From a virus (Duplodnaviria; Caudoviricetes), in the IMG/VR virus record IMGVR_UViG_3300020045_003522, positions 4,362 through 68,361 of that record: a stretch of DNA of 64,000 bases. One strand, 5' to 3'. Below the pieces are notes generated by a model that did not search any database, was not told where the DNA came from, and was given only the letters and a program-made list of their open reading frames with translations. Below are positions 55,672-64,000 of this stretch, in pieces. The position numbers and the translations under genes were made by a program. How positions within the stretch are numbered: the first letter of the stretch is position 1; each line of letters opens with the position of its first letter.

Positions 55672-56562
55672 CTATGGAATGTTAACAGTGGCAGCGCCTA
55701 GAGATTCGTAGGACTGAATACTCAGAACATCAGGAGCCTTTAGGTTGATAGTACCATCAACAAACAGGTCGCCTGATTGTAGTATTTTATACTGACCCGG
55801 GATACTTGCGTGCGCTGTGATTGATGTAATCGTTACAGCAACACCGGAAGCATTAAGGTAAGTAAAGTCAGCCGCAACTAATCCAGTCACACCTGTTTGG
55901 TCGCAATCAGTAGCCACAAGAACGTCAATGTCGCCTGCGTCTGTGATTGTTACAACGGTTACGTTTACATCAACGATAGATTCAAGCTCGTTAATAAAGC
56001 TTGATGCGTCAAACATATACCCGTTTTTGTTTAGCTCAATGCTTTGTGAAAGAGCCACCACAACAGGGGATTTAGTTGAAACTGAACCGTCATTAAATTT
56101 GAAACCTTCAGGATTTAAGAGCTGAATTGAAAGGCCAGCGAAATCACCGTTAGACAAAAGAGTTCCCAATAAGAAACCGTTTTGATCTTTCAAAAATACT
56201 CTACCGTTCTTTCTGTAGTGAGTGTAAATTGCTTTGTGTAGACAAAGGTTTTCGCTCATTGAAAAACGGAAACGGTATTTGTTTTTCTGCACATCGATGA
56301 AAGCCAAAGGCGTATCTTCGTATACAGGTGCCACTGATATATCCTCTACCAATTTGAAAGGAGGCCAGTAGAAAATTCTATCTGCGATTGGGTCAAGTAG
56401 AGCCGCCTCAAGATACGCTTGTACTGCTGCTGCCCCCGATGCGAGAGTAGCGGCTGGTATTACGAAATCTGAGTTAGTCTCTATCATGCCGTCCATAAGT
56501 CCAGGCAGTTCATTACACCGCGATAGACCTAAATTTTTTGCTTCTTCAGTTGTACAAGCCAT
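55672..56562 (-). CDS. Major tail protein (module B)
   Basis: Paralogue of 14116..14988; different C-terminal Ig-like part. Confidence 0.7.
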   Translation of the reverse strand: MACTTEEAKNLGLSRCNELPGLMDGMIETNSDFVIPAATLASGAAAVQAYLEAALLDPIADRIFYWPPFKLVEDISVAPVYEDTPLAFIDVQKNKYRFRFSMSENLCLHKAIYTHYRKNGRVFLKDQNGFLLGTLLSNGDFAGLSIQLLNPEGFKFNDGSVSTKSPVVVALSQSIELNKNGYMFDASSFINELESIVDVNVTVVTITDAGDIDVLVATDCDQTGVTGLVAADFTYLNASGVAVTITSITAHASIPGQYKILQSGDLFVDGTINLKAPDVLSIQSYESLGAATVNIP

Positions 56563-56574
56563 GATATTTTATTT

Positions 56575-57117
56575 TTAGCAGTATTTGATTTTATTATTGA
56601 TTCTTAAATTCGTCAACTCAACCGCGTCAAGAGGTTGATTAAATACGTACGCTTTATTCCCTTGCGTTTCTTCTACTCCGTGGTGTAACATATCCCGCTT
56701 TGTGTGTGGTGGTGTTCCCATGTCACCATCCCAAGTAAACCCGAACCGCTTCAAACGATCTAAAAACAACTCATAAAGAGGGTAAAGAATAGGCTTTACA
56801 ACATTCAAATAACGATCAGGCGCATCATAAGTAACCTTTGTTTGTGATAAAATCGCTATGTTCAAATTGTAATTCACCAATCCGTTTTTTACATCTTCAT
56901 TCGTTGGCAGTCGTAACGCGATAGCCGGGTAAACTTTACCTTTGGTAGATCCCTTATCTCTGTCAATCATCTGCCTGTTCATCTCTACAGGTGTGCCGTA
57001 GAAATAATAAGGTGAATCTAATCCGGCCGTAATGCCCCACTTTGCCGCGTCTTTCGCGCTTAAGTTTCGCATTGAAACCACAACCTCTTCAATCTGTTCA
57101 GGAATACTTTTTATCAT
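56575..57117 (-). CDS. Tail terminator-like protein (module B)
   Basis: Nearly identical to 14990..15532. Confidence 0.55.
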   Translation of the reverse strand: MIKSIPEQIEEVVVSMRNLSAKDAAKWGITAGLDSPYYFYGTPVEMNRQMIDRDKGSTKGKVYPAIALRLPTNEDVKNGLVNYNLNIAILSQTKVTYDAPDRYLNVVKPILYPLYELFLDRLKRFGFTWDGDMGTPPHTKRDMLHHGVEETQGNKAYVFNQPLDAVELTNLRINNKIKYC

Positions 57118-57818
57118 ATCCCGAAAGTGTTTCGTTTAGGCTGCTCACCAAATTCATAAGCCAGATAATCATTGAAGTCTTGGAACGTTGAATCAAACGT
57201 GTCATCGAAAGTTCCTGAAGCAAAGTTTGTGTAATACAGATACCCATAAAGAGTATTGACCTGATTACATACGCCCCCTACTTTTTCGCTCCAATCATTC
57301 CACGCTCGGCAAATCAAAGTTCCAGGATCAAACGGAATATTGTTTTCGGTCTTTGGGGTCACAGTTCCATTGACGGTTTGTTGGAAAACATTATACTCAG
57401 TCCATCTGGAATAGATCAAAGCCTTTAAAGTCTTGACCATTCCATACCATCGGTAGTACTTTCCGTTAGCCAAATAGGTTGAGCCGTTCTTCAACAGTAA
57501 CCACCTGTTATTAGCTTCAATAAGTTCCCAATCAGAACCCTCCACAGGAACCGTTCCAGTCTGAACCGTTAACGCTTTCCATACATCATTGCCGTAAACA
57601 TATTGCTGATTGATAACAGTGGCTACAGTCGAAACCCACAAACCAGGCAGACCATTAAGCCCGGAAATAAAAGCATCGTAAAGGTTATCGCCCAAAACTT
57701 CACGCAAATACATTTCCTCTTCAGCATCAATAAAGTTCTGAAATTCTTCTGCCGCGCCTGTTGCCAGACTTGGAAGTCGATAAGGTAAAACGTTGAAGTC
57801 TTGAGCGGTAACGAACAT
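57114..57818 (-). CDS. Head-tail adaptor/connector (module B)
   Basis: Paralogue of 15529..16239. Confidence 0.55.
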   Translation of the reverse strand: MFVTAQDFNVLPYRLPSLATGAAEEFQNFIDAEEEMYLREVLGDNLYDAFISGLNGLPGLWVSTVATVINQQYVYGNDVWKALTVQTGTVPVEGSDWELIEANNRWLLLKNGSTYLANGKYYRWYGMVKTLKALIYSRWTEYNVFQQTVNGTVTPKTENNIPFDPGTLICRAWNDWSEKVGGVCNQVNTLYGYLYYTNFASGTFDDTFDSTFQDFNDYLAYEFGEQPKRNTFGI

Positions 57819-57821
57819 ATC

Positions 57822-58259
57822 TTATTTTGATCTAAATAGTTTAGCGGTAAAACTTGCACTCATCGTACCGGTACCGGTCCAGCTCACCCTATAGTAAGGC
57901 ATCGGGCTCCCTGAAATAATCCAGTGATAAGTATTACTTGCGTCCGTTGCTGTAATAGTAGCGAGTGCAGTAGCTGTATTAGGCGTGTTTAATGCCTTCC
58001 AGTTCGTGCCGTCAATACTGCCCTGCAATGTGAGTGTTCCGCCAACAGTTCCGCTTAACTTAGTAACCGCAACCCAAACGGTAGTCGTTACCGCTGGTGC
58101 AGCACTTACTGCATTACGAGTTGTAAGCGTTCCTACGCCTCCGTTAGTCACAGTGTCACTAGCCGCGTAAGGGCTTAGCGCATTCGTGAGGCTGTAAACT
58201 TGTGCGTTCGCTGAGAAGGCTACCAACCCAACGAATAAAAGTGTTATTAACTTTTTCAT
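57822..58259 (-). CDS. Beta-sandwich capsid decoration-like protein with Sec signal peptide (module B)
   Basis: Leader MKKLITLLFVGLVAFSANA/Q; paralogue of 16242..16682. Confidence 0.6.
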   Translation of the reverse strand: MKKLITLLFVGLVAFSANAQVYSLTNALSPYAASDTVTNGGVGTLTTRNAVSAAPAVTTTVWVAVTKLSGTVGGTLTLQGSIDGTNWKALNTPNTATALATITATDASNTYHWIISGSPMPYYRVSWTGTGTMSASFTAKLFRSK

Positions 58260-58264
58260 TTTTG

Positions 58265-58486
58265 TTATTTGATTTTAACCCAGCCTCGTTCTTGTAACAA
58301 TTCAGCGGTTCTTTTTGCCATTTGAAATTCCTCTCCATCCTTATGATAAGGATCACCAGCCAGTGATACTACCGTTACCGATACATCAATGATGGCATCT
58401 TTAGGAACTTGAAACTCAGTCTGAACCACTTCTTGAACATCTTCGCCAACTTTGGTTACTTCTTGTTCTTCTTTTTTCTTAGCCAT
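58265..58486 (-). CDS. Small head-associated protein (module B)
   Basis: Paralogue of 16686..16907. Confidence 0.6.
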   Translation of the reverse strand: MAKKKEEQEVTKVGEDVQEVVQTEFQVPKDAIIDVSVTVVSLAGDPYHKDGEEFQMAKRTAELLQERGWVKIK

Positions 58487-58488
58487 AA

Positions 58489-59739
58489 TTAAGGGATTGC
58501 AATTGCTGTTTTAACATTTGCAATGGTATCGTAAACGAAAGCCGCTGCATGGTTATCACTGTGGAATTGGTGGAAACGAGTTTCCGCAATAACAGTCACT
58601 AAGTTTTTAGTGAAGTCGTCATTTTCCCAACCGTATGCAACTCTGAAAGGCTTGTAAATTAATGTCTTCAAAGCGTCAACAGCGAATGCAAGTACAGAAC
58701 CGGCAGCGATGTTGTAATCTTCGATCAAGAATCCACCAGGGATAGGACGAAGATTTAAGCCCATGTATTGACCTTGGCTAATAGCCTTAGACATTTCCAT
58801 GTTCGCAACATCAACAGGGTGCATAACAACCATGATAGGACCGTCAATATATGAAGCTCTTATTTGAGCGATCAAAGCGCGGGCAACATCCCAGTTATTG
58901 GGATTTGAAGTTTCAATACCTGTCAATGTGTAAGCAGCCGCAAAAGAACGGATACCAGCCGGATCAGTTGCAGAAGCAGCAGCAGCACCCATAAGGATAC
59001 TATTAACATGCGCCTTTAATTGATACACCAATTCCGATTCGATGTACGAGGTCATACCGTCAATATCTTCCAAAAGTTCAGTAGCTACTTTCATAGATAC
59101 CGCAACTTTTTTCGCGTTAGACTTTTCAGTCTCAAGCGTGAATGACACTTTAGGCTTCGCTCCACCTGGCGCCAAGAAGTCAGCAGCACCGGAGTTTGCA
59201 GGGACTTTCTTGTTAACCCATGTGTAGGTTTCAAGGTTGGTCGATCCTTTAGCAATCAAATCCCACAAAGTAGGCTGAATACGAAGTAAATCAATAACCG
59301 GTGAACCTTGACGGATTAAAGCGCCAGCGCCCAAAGTAACGGTATTTGTGAATACAGTTGTTGGGGTCATTGGAGAATCGGCAGCCTTTATTTCCATCGG
59401 TTCCAAATCTGCTTTGGTCCCTGATTTAATCTTCTTGATTGCTTCAGCGTTCTTTTCAAACCATGATTTAACCTGGCCACGTACGCTAACATCTTGAGGC
59501 TTGCTTTCGGCAGCGCCTTTCAGCTTAGTGATTTCTTCACCTTGAGCGGTCATAATTGCAAATACTCCCGACTTTTCATCGAATAAGCTTTTCAACTTTG
59601 CCGCGTCAATACCTTCAAACGCTTTCATTTTCTCAACGACAGCCGCGTCCAGCTCTGCCTTTGTTTGGAAACCTTTCTTCGAAAGCATTTCCTCAGTTTG
59701 GGATTTTATTTTACCCAAAAGAATTTCTTCTTCGTTCAT
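58489..59739 (-). CDS. Major capsid protein, HK97 fold (module B)
   Basis: Co-linear with capsid A from AADSPMTPTT onward; divergent N-terminal delta domain. Confidence 0.9.
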   Translation of the reverse strand: MNEEEILLGKIKSQTEEMLSKKGFQTKAELDAAVVEKMKAFEGIDAAKLKSLFDEKSGVFAIMTAQGEEITKLKGAAESKPQDVSVRGQVKSWFEKNAEAIKKIKSGTKADLEPMEIKAADSPMTPTTVFTNTVTLGAGALIRQGSPVIDLLRIQPTLWDLIAKGSTNLETYTWVNKKVPANSGAADFLAPGGAKPKVSFTLETEKSNAKKVAVSMKVATELLEDIDGMTSYIESELVYQLKAHVNSILMGAAAASATDPAGIRSFAAAYTLTGIETSNPNNWDVARALIAQIRASYIDGPIMVVMHPVDVANMEMSKAISQGQYMGLNLRPIPGGFLIEDYNIAAGSVLAFAVDALKTLIYKPFRVAYGWENDDFTKNLVTVIAETRFHQFHSDNHAAAFVYDTIANVKTAIAIP

Positions 59740-60398
59740 TAGTAAATTTTTTTCGTGTTTAACAATTCGTTTAGTCCTTTTATCGGATTATGTGTTCCCG
59801 ATCCTTCAGGGTTATGTGTTGCCTGAAGCTCCTTTATTTTGTGTATAATAAATTCAATCTGTTTTCCTTTCGAGTTGCTTACATCAAACTTCTTTAAATA
59901 AAGTTCTAAGTCTGCAATTGATACATCATCGAAAGATTTCATTCCAAGTAGGGGGGTTTCTGGATTCATCCCCAGTCCAACGGTACTATATTCGTACATC
60001 TTCAATTCAAATATTTCCTCCCCGCGACCACGAGACTTGCCTTTTATTGTCTCGTATCCGAATGAATGTTCTAGCGTCTTACCGTGTTCTTTGAAAAACT
60101 TGTAGTCGCTGAATAGGTCGCGCGAAATTTGTTTCTCAAGATTTAAAGCGGATTCAACAACAGCATGTTTATCTGTTTCGTACATCTTAACAGGCAGTCC
60201 GACATTAGCCATTTGCTTTAAAGAATGGTCCATGTAGTGCTTAATCCTATCACCGCCCTCTTTGAACGTGCGAGTAAAAGCACCTTTACGAACTATATCC
60301 CCGCCCATATCTTCGTTATCAAAACGAGATATCGCGATTGTAACTATGCCTTTTTCGGCAACGTCAACAACTTCAGACTTTAGGCTCTTGTATTTCAT
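59739..60398 (-). CDS. HK97-family prohead protease (module B)
   Basis: GDIVRKGAFTRT, YMDH (His), EHSFGY (Ser), YEYSTVGLGMNPET. Confidence 0.88.
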   Translation of the reverse strand: MKYKSLKSEVVDVAEKGIVTIAISRFDNEDMGGDIVRKGAFTRTFKEGGDRIKHYMDHSLKQMANVGLPVKMYETDKHAVVESALNLEKQISRDLFSDYKFFKEHGKTLEHSFGYETIKGKSRGRGEEIFELKMYEYSTVGLGMNPETPLLGMKSFDDVSIADLELYLKKFDVSNSKGKQIEFIIHKIKELQATHNPEGSGTHNPIKGLNELLNTKKIY

Positions 60399-61798
60399 AC
60401 TTCTTCTTGATTTTGTTCTGTACCTGTTCCTGGTAACTCTTCTGTGGTGTCGGTTTCTGCAATAGGTCGTTCAGCCATTGGCTTAACCTCGTCTTTTTTG
60501 TATTTGTCTCCATCTGGTCCTATGGTATCGTAACCCCTGGCGGTTAACCACATGTTACGGGTTATTAAATTGTTATCGTATTCGAGTAAAAGTGAATCGT
60601 TTTGAGCTTTTGCAGCTTGTGCCTCAAGTAATGCGTCCTCCTGAAGTGCTGCCACTTTCAAGAAATTACCAACAATCTTTGCGTTGTTGTCTGCTGCTTT
60701 AAAGAACTTGTTATACTTGTTCAGGTCCTTTGTGTTGTTTGGGATAACATTGTTAACATATACACCCTTTTCAGCATTCAAACCATTTGCATAAGTCGCG
60801 TCTTGTTGTTCAAATAACGTGTAAGGGAATCCGTAACGGTGGCAAATTGCTTTAGATCCTGAGATTACTGTAGGATCAATACCCAACTCAGTAACGTTAA
60901 AACTCATCGGGTTCCAAGTGGCCGGACTGCGACTTATAACATACTGATATTGTGCAAGCGATAGCCCGTATTGAGTTAACGAATCCTGTAGGTCTTTCTT
61001 TTCTTTATCCTGCATCGGCAATGTAGACCCCATTCCATCTTTCCCGCCATTACCTGAAATAAACCCTAACGGACCGCGCTTTGTAAGCAAAACGTTGTTA
61101 GCCTCCATCGCTCTACAGATATTACTAACAGCCATATCAAGCCCAACTAAACGCGATTGAGGTAAAAGGAAATCTGTTTGCTCATCCTGCATGAATGAGT
61201 CCTCAAGTATAATTATCTGATCGTGCCTAAACTTGAATGACTTACCTAAGATTGTAACCTTCCATTCCTTTATAATTTCTTCAGGCTTGGAAGTGAAAAT
61301 AAGGTTCTTTGTGCTTTCGAAATCAAATAACCACGGGGGTAAATTGATCATCGAAGTAGCAAATTCAGGTGGCATTCCGGCTGGCACGAATGGCAATACA
61401 GGACAAAACCCGAACACCTTTTTGTAGATTACCTGTTGACCTCTAAACTGCTCCCATGATTGCATAGGGTTAGGATTGGAGAGTAAAGCATTCATCCTGT
61501 TAGCCCATTCAGAAGTAGCAAAGTTTTCCTTACCCTTACCCGTGGACCTTAGAATCTCAATCGTTCCGGTAATGTCGTACTCTGCCAACCTATCAACAAC
61601 CGAAGCCAAAGGGTAGCAATAATCATACGCGTACTTTTGTTGCTGCTTGTCTTTTAATCCCAGCCACGAACAGTTATCGCCTTTTATCTCGATTGTTTGC
61701 CCTTTGTCATTGTAAGGGATAAATGAAACGCCTGAATCTACATGGCCAAAATTAGGACCCGCGATAGTGCCGAACATATTATTTAAGAATCCTCTCAT
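60395..61798 (-). CDS. Portal protein (module B)
   Basis: Paralogue of 18940..20415 with a different C-terminus. Confidence 0.9.
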   Translation of the reverse strand: MRGFLNNMFGTIAGPNFGHVDSGVSFIPYNDKGQTIEIKGDNCSWLGLKDKQQQKYAYDYCYPLASVVDRLAEYDITGTIEILRSTGKGKENFATSEWANRMNALLSNPNPMQSWEQFRGQQVIYKKVFGFCPVLPFVPAGMPPEFATSMINLPPWLFDFESTKNLIFTSKPEEIIKEWKVTILGKSFKFRHDQIIILEDSFMQDEQTDFLLPQSRLVGLDMAVSNICRAMEANNVLLTKRGPLGFISGNGGKDGMGSTLPMQDKEKKDLQDSLTQYGLSLAQYQYVISRSPATWNPMSFNVTELGIDPTVISGSKAICHRYGFPYTLFEQQDATYANGLNAEKGVYVNNVIPNNTKDLNKYNKFFKAADNNAKIVGNFLKVAALQEDALLEAQAAKAQNDSLLLEYDNNLITRNMWLTARGYDTIGPDGDKYKKDEVKPMAERPIAETDTTEELPGTGTEQNQEEV

Positions 61799-61941
61799 TG
61801 TCTGGTGCGGTTAAATTCCTTCACCTTCTCAATTAGCTTCTTATCTTGGTATTCTTTATACGTTTTAACGGATGCGATTATAAGCCACTCGATAACACGC
61901 GCGGCCAGTATAGCGGAAAGGACAGAAAAGAATATCTGCAT
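61795..61941 (-). CDS. 48-aa single-TM micro-protein upstream of the portal
   Basis: Hand-translated MQIFFSVLSAILAARVIEWLIIASVKTYKEYQDKKLIEKVKEFNRTRQ; ATGA overlap with the portal. Confidence 0.7.
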   Translation of the reverse strand: MQIFFSVLSAILAARVIEWLIIASVKTYKEYQDKKLIEKVKEFNRTRQ

Positions 61942-62012
61942 TAATTTCCTTGATTTTGTATCAAAGTAAGAAAATGTAATGCGTATTTCCTAAAGTGGGA
62001 ATAATTATTTAT

Positions 62013-63194
62013 TTAAGAACTGTTTCTATAGAAGTGTGAGTATATCCCAAATCGGATAGCATCTAGTAAATGTTCGTTACCTTCTGATGGTACATTCATA
62101 AACTTACCATTGGCCGGGTCTTTCATCCACATATAACGCTTTCTTTCAAAGTCTATGTTCTTGGATGATTCTGTAAAGAAAATATTGTACTCCTTTACTT
62201 TTGCTATCCCAGCCTTTATTGATCCTGGTCCTTTATGTGCCGCTATCATGAAAAGGTTAAATGGGTCAGAACGTAATTGCCTGATCATGTCCGGGTCATG
62301 TTCTGAATAGATAGGTGTTTCGCTTGTAAAGTTGCTCGACTTGAAAAGCGTGTTAATTTGAACCGGAGTCATAGCCGGTTGATAACAAAGCTCATGTACG
62401 TAGATGTTATTCGCAATCTTCACCATGTTAACCGCTGCCGTGGGGTCATTAGTATACCCGTAGTCAATCCCGCCAAACCTTCCATCTTCTGTCCATGGGT
62501 ACTCGCTGTCTGGTATCATCTTCCAATTTGTATAAATCAATCCTGAAAGATTACCGGTTAACCCACGGGCGTACACGCGCCAAAGTTCCGGATCTTTTAT
62601 TCCCTCTATTTCAGCGTGCTGTTGCTCTGTGAGGAAAGGATTGTGCCTATGATCTGAGATGATTAACTCAACTGTCTTGGAAAGATCGTTTGATTTCGCT
62701 GTGGTGCCTATTAGTTTTTCATGTGCCCAGAACGGACTTGAAGGATTATAATCACAATACACCCTAACGCGGGTACGGGATGCTATTTGTCGGAATATTT
62801 GCCAAGTAACCCCGTTTGCCTCATTAAAGAAAGCGTATTGCCTTTTACCTTGCTTTGCTTTTTGCTCGCTGTCGTACGCTGTAAACTCAAGTATCCATCC
62901 TGATGTAAAAGTTATTGTTCGCTCAGTTTTGTTCCATTCCTTGATATAGCTTCTTAATGATGGGCTCGCGTTGCATTGTTCTTCAAACTTTCGATATGCA
63001 CCCTTCTTTGAATCGGGAACGGTCTGACTAATTACCGTAATTATTGGATCTTCTAATGGCGCTGCGGTAGTACATAAATAAGCAAGTACCTGAATAATCG
63101 CAACGGTCTTACCTGCGTCTTGGCCCCCCTGATTTATTACAATCCCAGCCTGTGAGTTTAGATTCTTATGGAAAAGAGGGCCAGAGTTAAACAC
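62013..63194 (-). CDS. terL: Terminase large subunit (module B)
   Basis: Walker A NQGGQDAGKT, Walker B FFNEAN, IDYGYTNDPTA, HLLDAIRF. Confidence 0.92.
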   Translation of the reverse strand: MFNSGPLFHKNLNSQAGIVINQGGQDAGKTVAIIQVLAYLCTTAAPLEDPIITVISQTVPDSKKGAYRKFEEQCNASPSLRSYIKEWNKTERTITFTSGWILEFTAYDSEQKAKQGKRQYAFFNEANGVTWQIFRQIASRTRVRVYCDYNPSSPFWAHEKLIGTTAKSNDLSKTVELIISDHRHNPFLTEQQHAEIEGIKDPELWRVYARGLTGNLSGLIYTNWKMIPDSEYPWTEDGRFGGIDYGYTNDPTAAVNMVKIANNIYVHELCYQPAMTPVQINTLFKSSNFTSETPIYSEHDPDMIRQLRSDPFNLFMIAAHKGPGSIKAGIAKVKEYNIFFTESSKNIDFERKRYMWMKDPANGKFMNVPSEGNEHLLDAIRFGIYSHFYRNSS

Positions 63195-63229
63195 ACAGAA
63201 TTAAATTTTGTTTTGTTGTATTGGCGCGG

Positions 63230-63742
63230 TTACTGACCATCATTTAATTTGGTTTGTTGTACTTCTGATTCATCCCCAGCAAATGGAGGTGCGCCTGAAT
63301 AAACGTTGATCGGTGGGGGGCTTTGTATTTTTTCACCACCTGATGTGTGGTCGATCTCTGTCTTGTCCGACCATCCCATATTTTTTAAAGCGAAGATAGC
63401 ACCTACTGTTCCGGTCTTAGTTCCCATCATATTCTCATAAAGATTCTCGATTTTAGAGCGTGCGGCTTTTATAGCGTACCCAAACCCTTCTTTCTTTTCG
63501 TACTTGTAAAACGCGTCTCGGCTCATAAATCCAAGAAAAAGAGTCAATCCTGTTATCGTTGGGCGGTTTTCGTAAACCTCTATACCCCTGGCCTTGCGCT
63601 GTTCTTTTGTGGTCTCCTCCTCGAATAATTCAAAGTACTCCTTTACCATGTTTTCAAGATCCTCGACTTTAGTAAAATAAGGCGGCCTGCCTCCATTGTC
63701 GGCATGCTCCTTAGTCTCTATGGTTTCCTTATTCTCCATCAA
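63230..63742 (-). CDS. terS: Terminase small subunit (P22 gp3-like), module B
   Basis: 104 consecutive residues identical to terS A. Confidence 0.85.
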   Translation of the reverse strand: MMENKETIETKEHADNGGRPPYFTKVEDLENMVKEYFELFEEETTKEQRKARGIEVYENRPTITGLTLFLGFMSRDAFYKYEKKEGFGYAIKAARSKIENLYENMMGTKTGTVGAIFALKNMGWSDKTEIDHTSGGEKIQSPPPINVYSGAPPFAGDESEVQQTKLNDGQ

Positions 63743-63909
63743 AATCCCCAGTAAAGTTTAAATCCATTATCGTCTAAATCTGTTGCGGTATTATATCCAG
63801 CTGACAAAAGTAGTCTAATGTCTTAATCATTTGCCATGCGCTTCGTGGCCTAATAACGCCTTTTACTTTAGCGTTTCGCTTGCCTTCGTTTAATACCTTC
63901 CAAGTAATT

Positions 63910-64000
63910 TTATTCTCCATTCCAGATATCCTTTAAAAGTTTGAAAACAGGGTAAAGGAAGTGCTTTTTTGGGTGTCCTACTATCGCTAAAGCATGTTCA
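63910..64000 (-). CDS. 3' end of a homologue of 22816..23082
   Basis: Hand-translated ...KKHFLYPVFKLLKDIWNGE*. Confidence 0.55.
   Translation of the reverse strand, partial: EHALAIVGHPKKHFLYPVFKLLKDIWNGE

Noticed and set aside
1-64000. Simple terminal-redundancy or circular-overlap artefact as explanation for the duplication
   Set aside because: The two modules differ throughout, with different proteases and fibres, so they are not copies of the same sequence; a chimera of two phages remains possible and is kept as an alternative in the findings.
1-64000. CRISPR array, diversity-generating retroelement, invertible fibre switch, stop-codon recoding, integrase/repressor
   Set aside because: No spaced repeats, reverse transcriptase, recombinase or inverted cassette was recognised; long ORFs are intact in the standard code; no integrase or CI-like gene is visible in this window.

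Overview
AT-rich, densely coding tailed-phage (Caudoviricetes) DNA; no host genes, integrase, CRISPR array or rRNA were recognised. The host is probably Bacteroidota, judging from Sec signal peptides cleaved before Gln, TAnnTTTG-type -7 promoter boxes, A/T-rich leaders without Shine-Dalgarno motifs and a DUF5675 lysis protein. The window holds TWO intact, co-linear, clearly diverged virion morphogenesis modules on the minus strand about 41.4 kb apart: module A (1-22394) and module B (about 41170-63742). Each runs terS-terL-portal-protease-HK97 capsid-neck-major tail-tape measure-tail tip-fibres. Between them lie one early/replication region (C5 methyltransferase with a nested second subunit, primase-helicase, initiator with iterons, exonuclease) and one lysis cassette. 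Main leads: (1) the double morphogenesis set, which could be a heterodimer of two related ~41 kb phages, a true two-virion genome, or an assembly chimera; (2) a capsid-decoration-like protein, the fibre-like proteins and the esterase/depolymerase-like proteins of both modules carry host-type Sec signal peptides, unexpected for proteins of a particle assembled in the cytoplasm. Smaller leads are a tRNA-like RNA lacking an anticodon arm, a multi-hairpin ncRNA candidate, a very acidic 35-aa early peptide and a TA-like cassette. All family assignments come from motif recognition by eye; no database searches were run.
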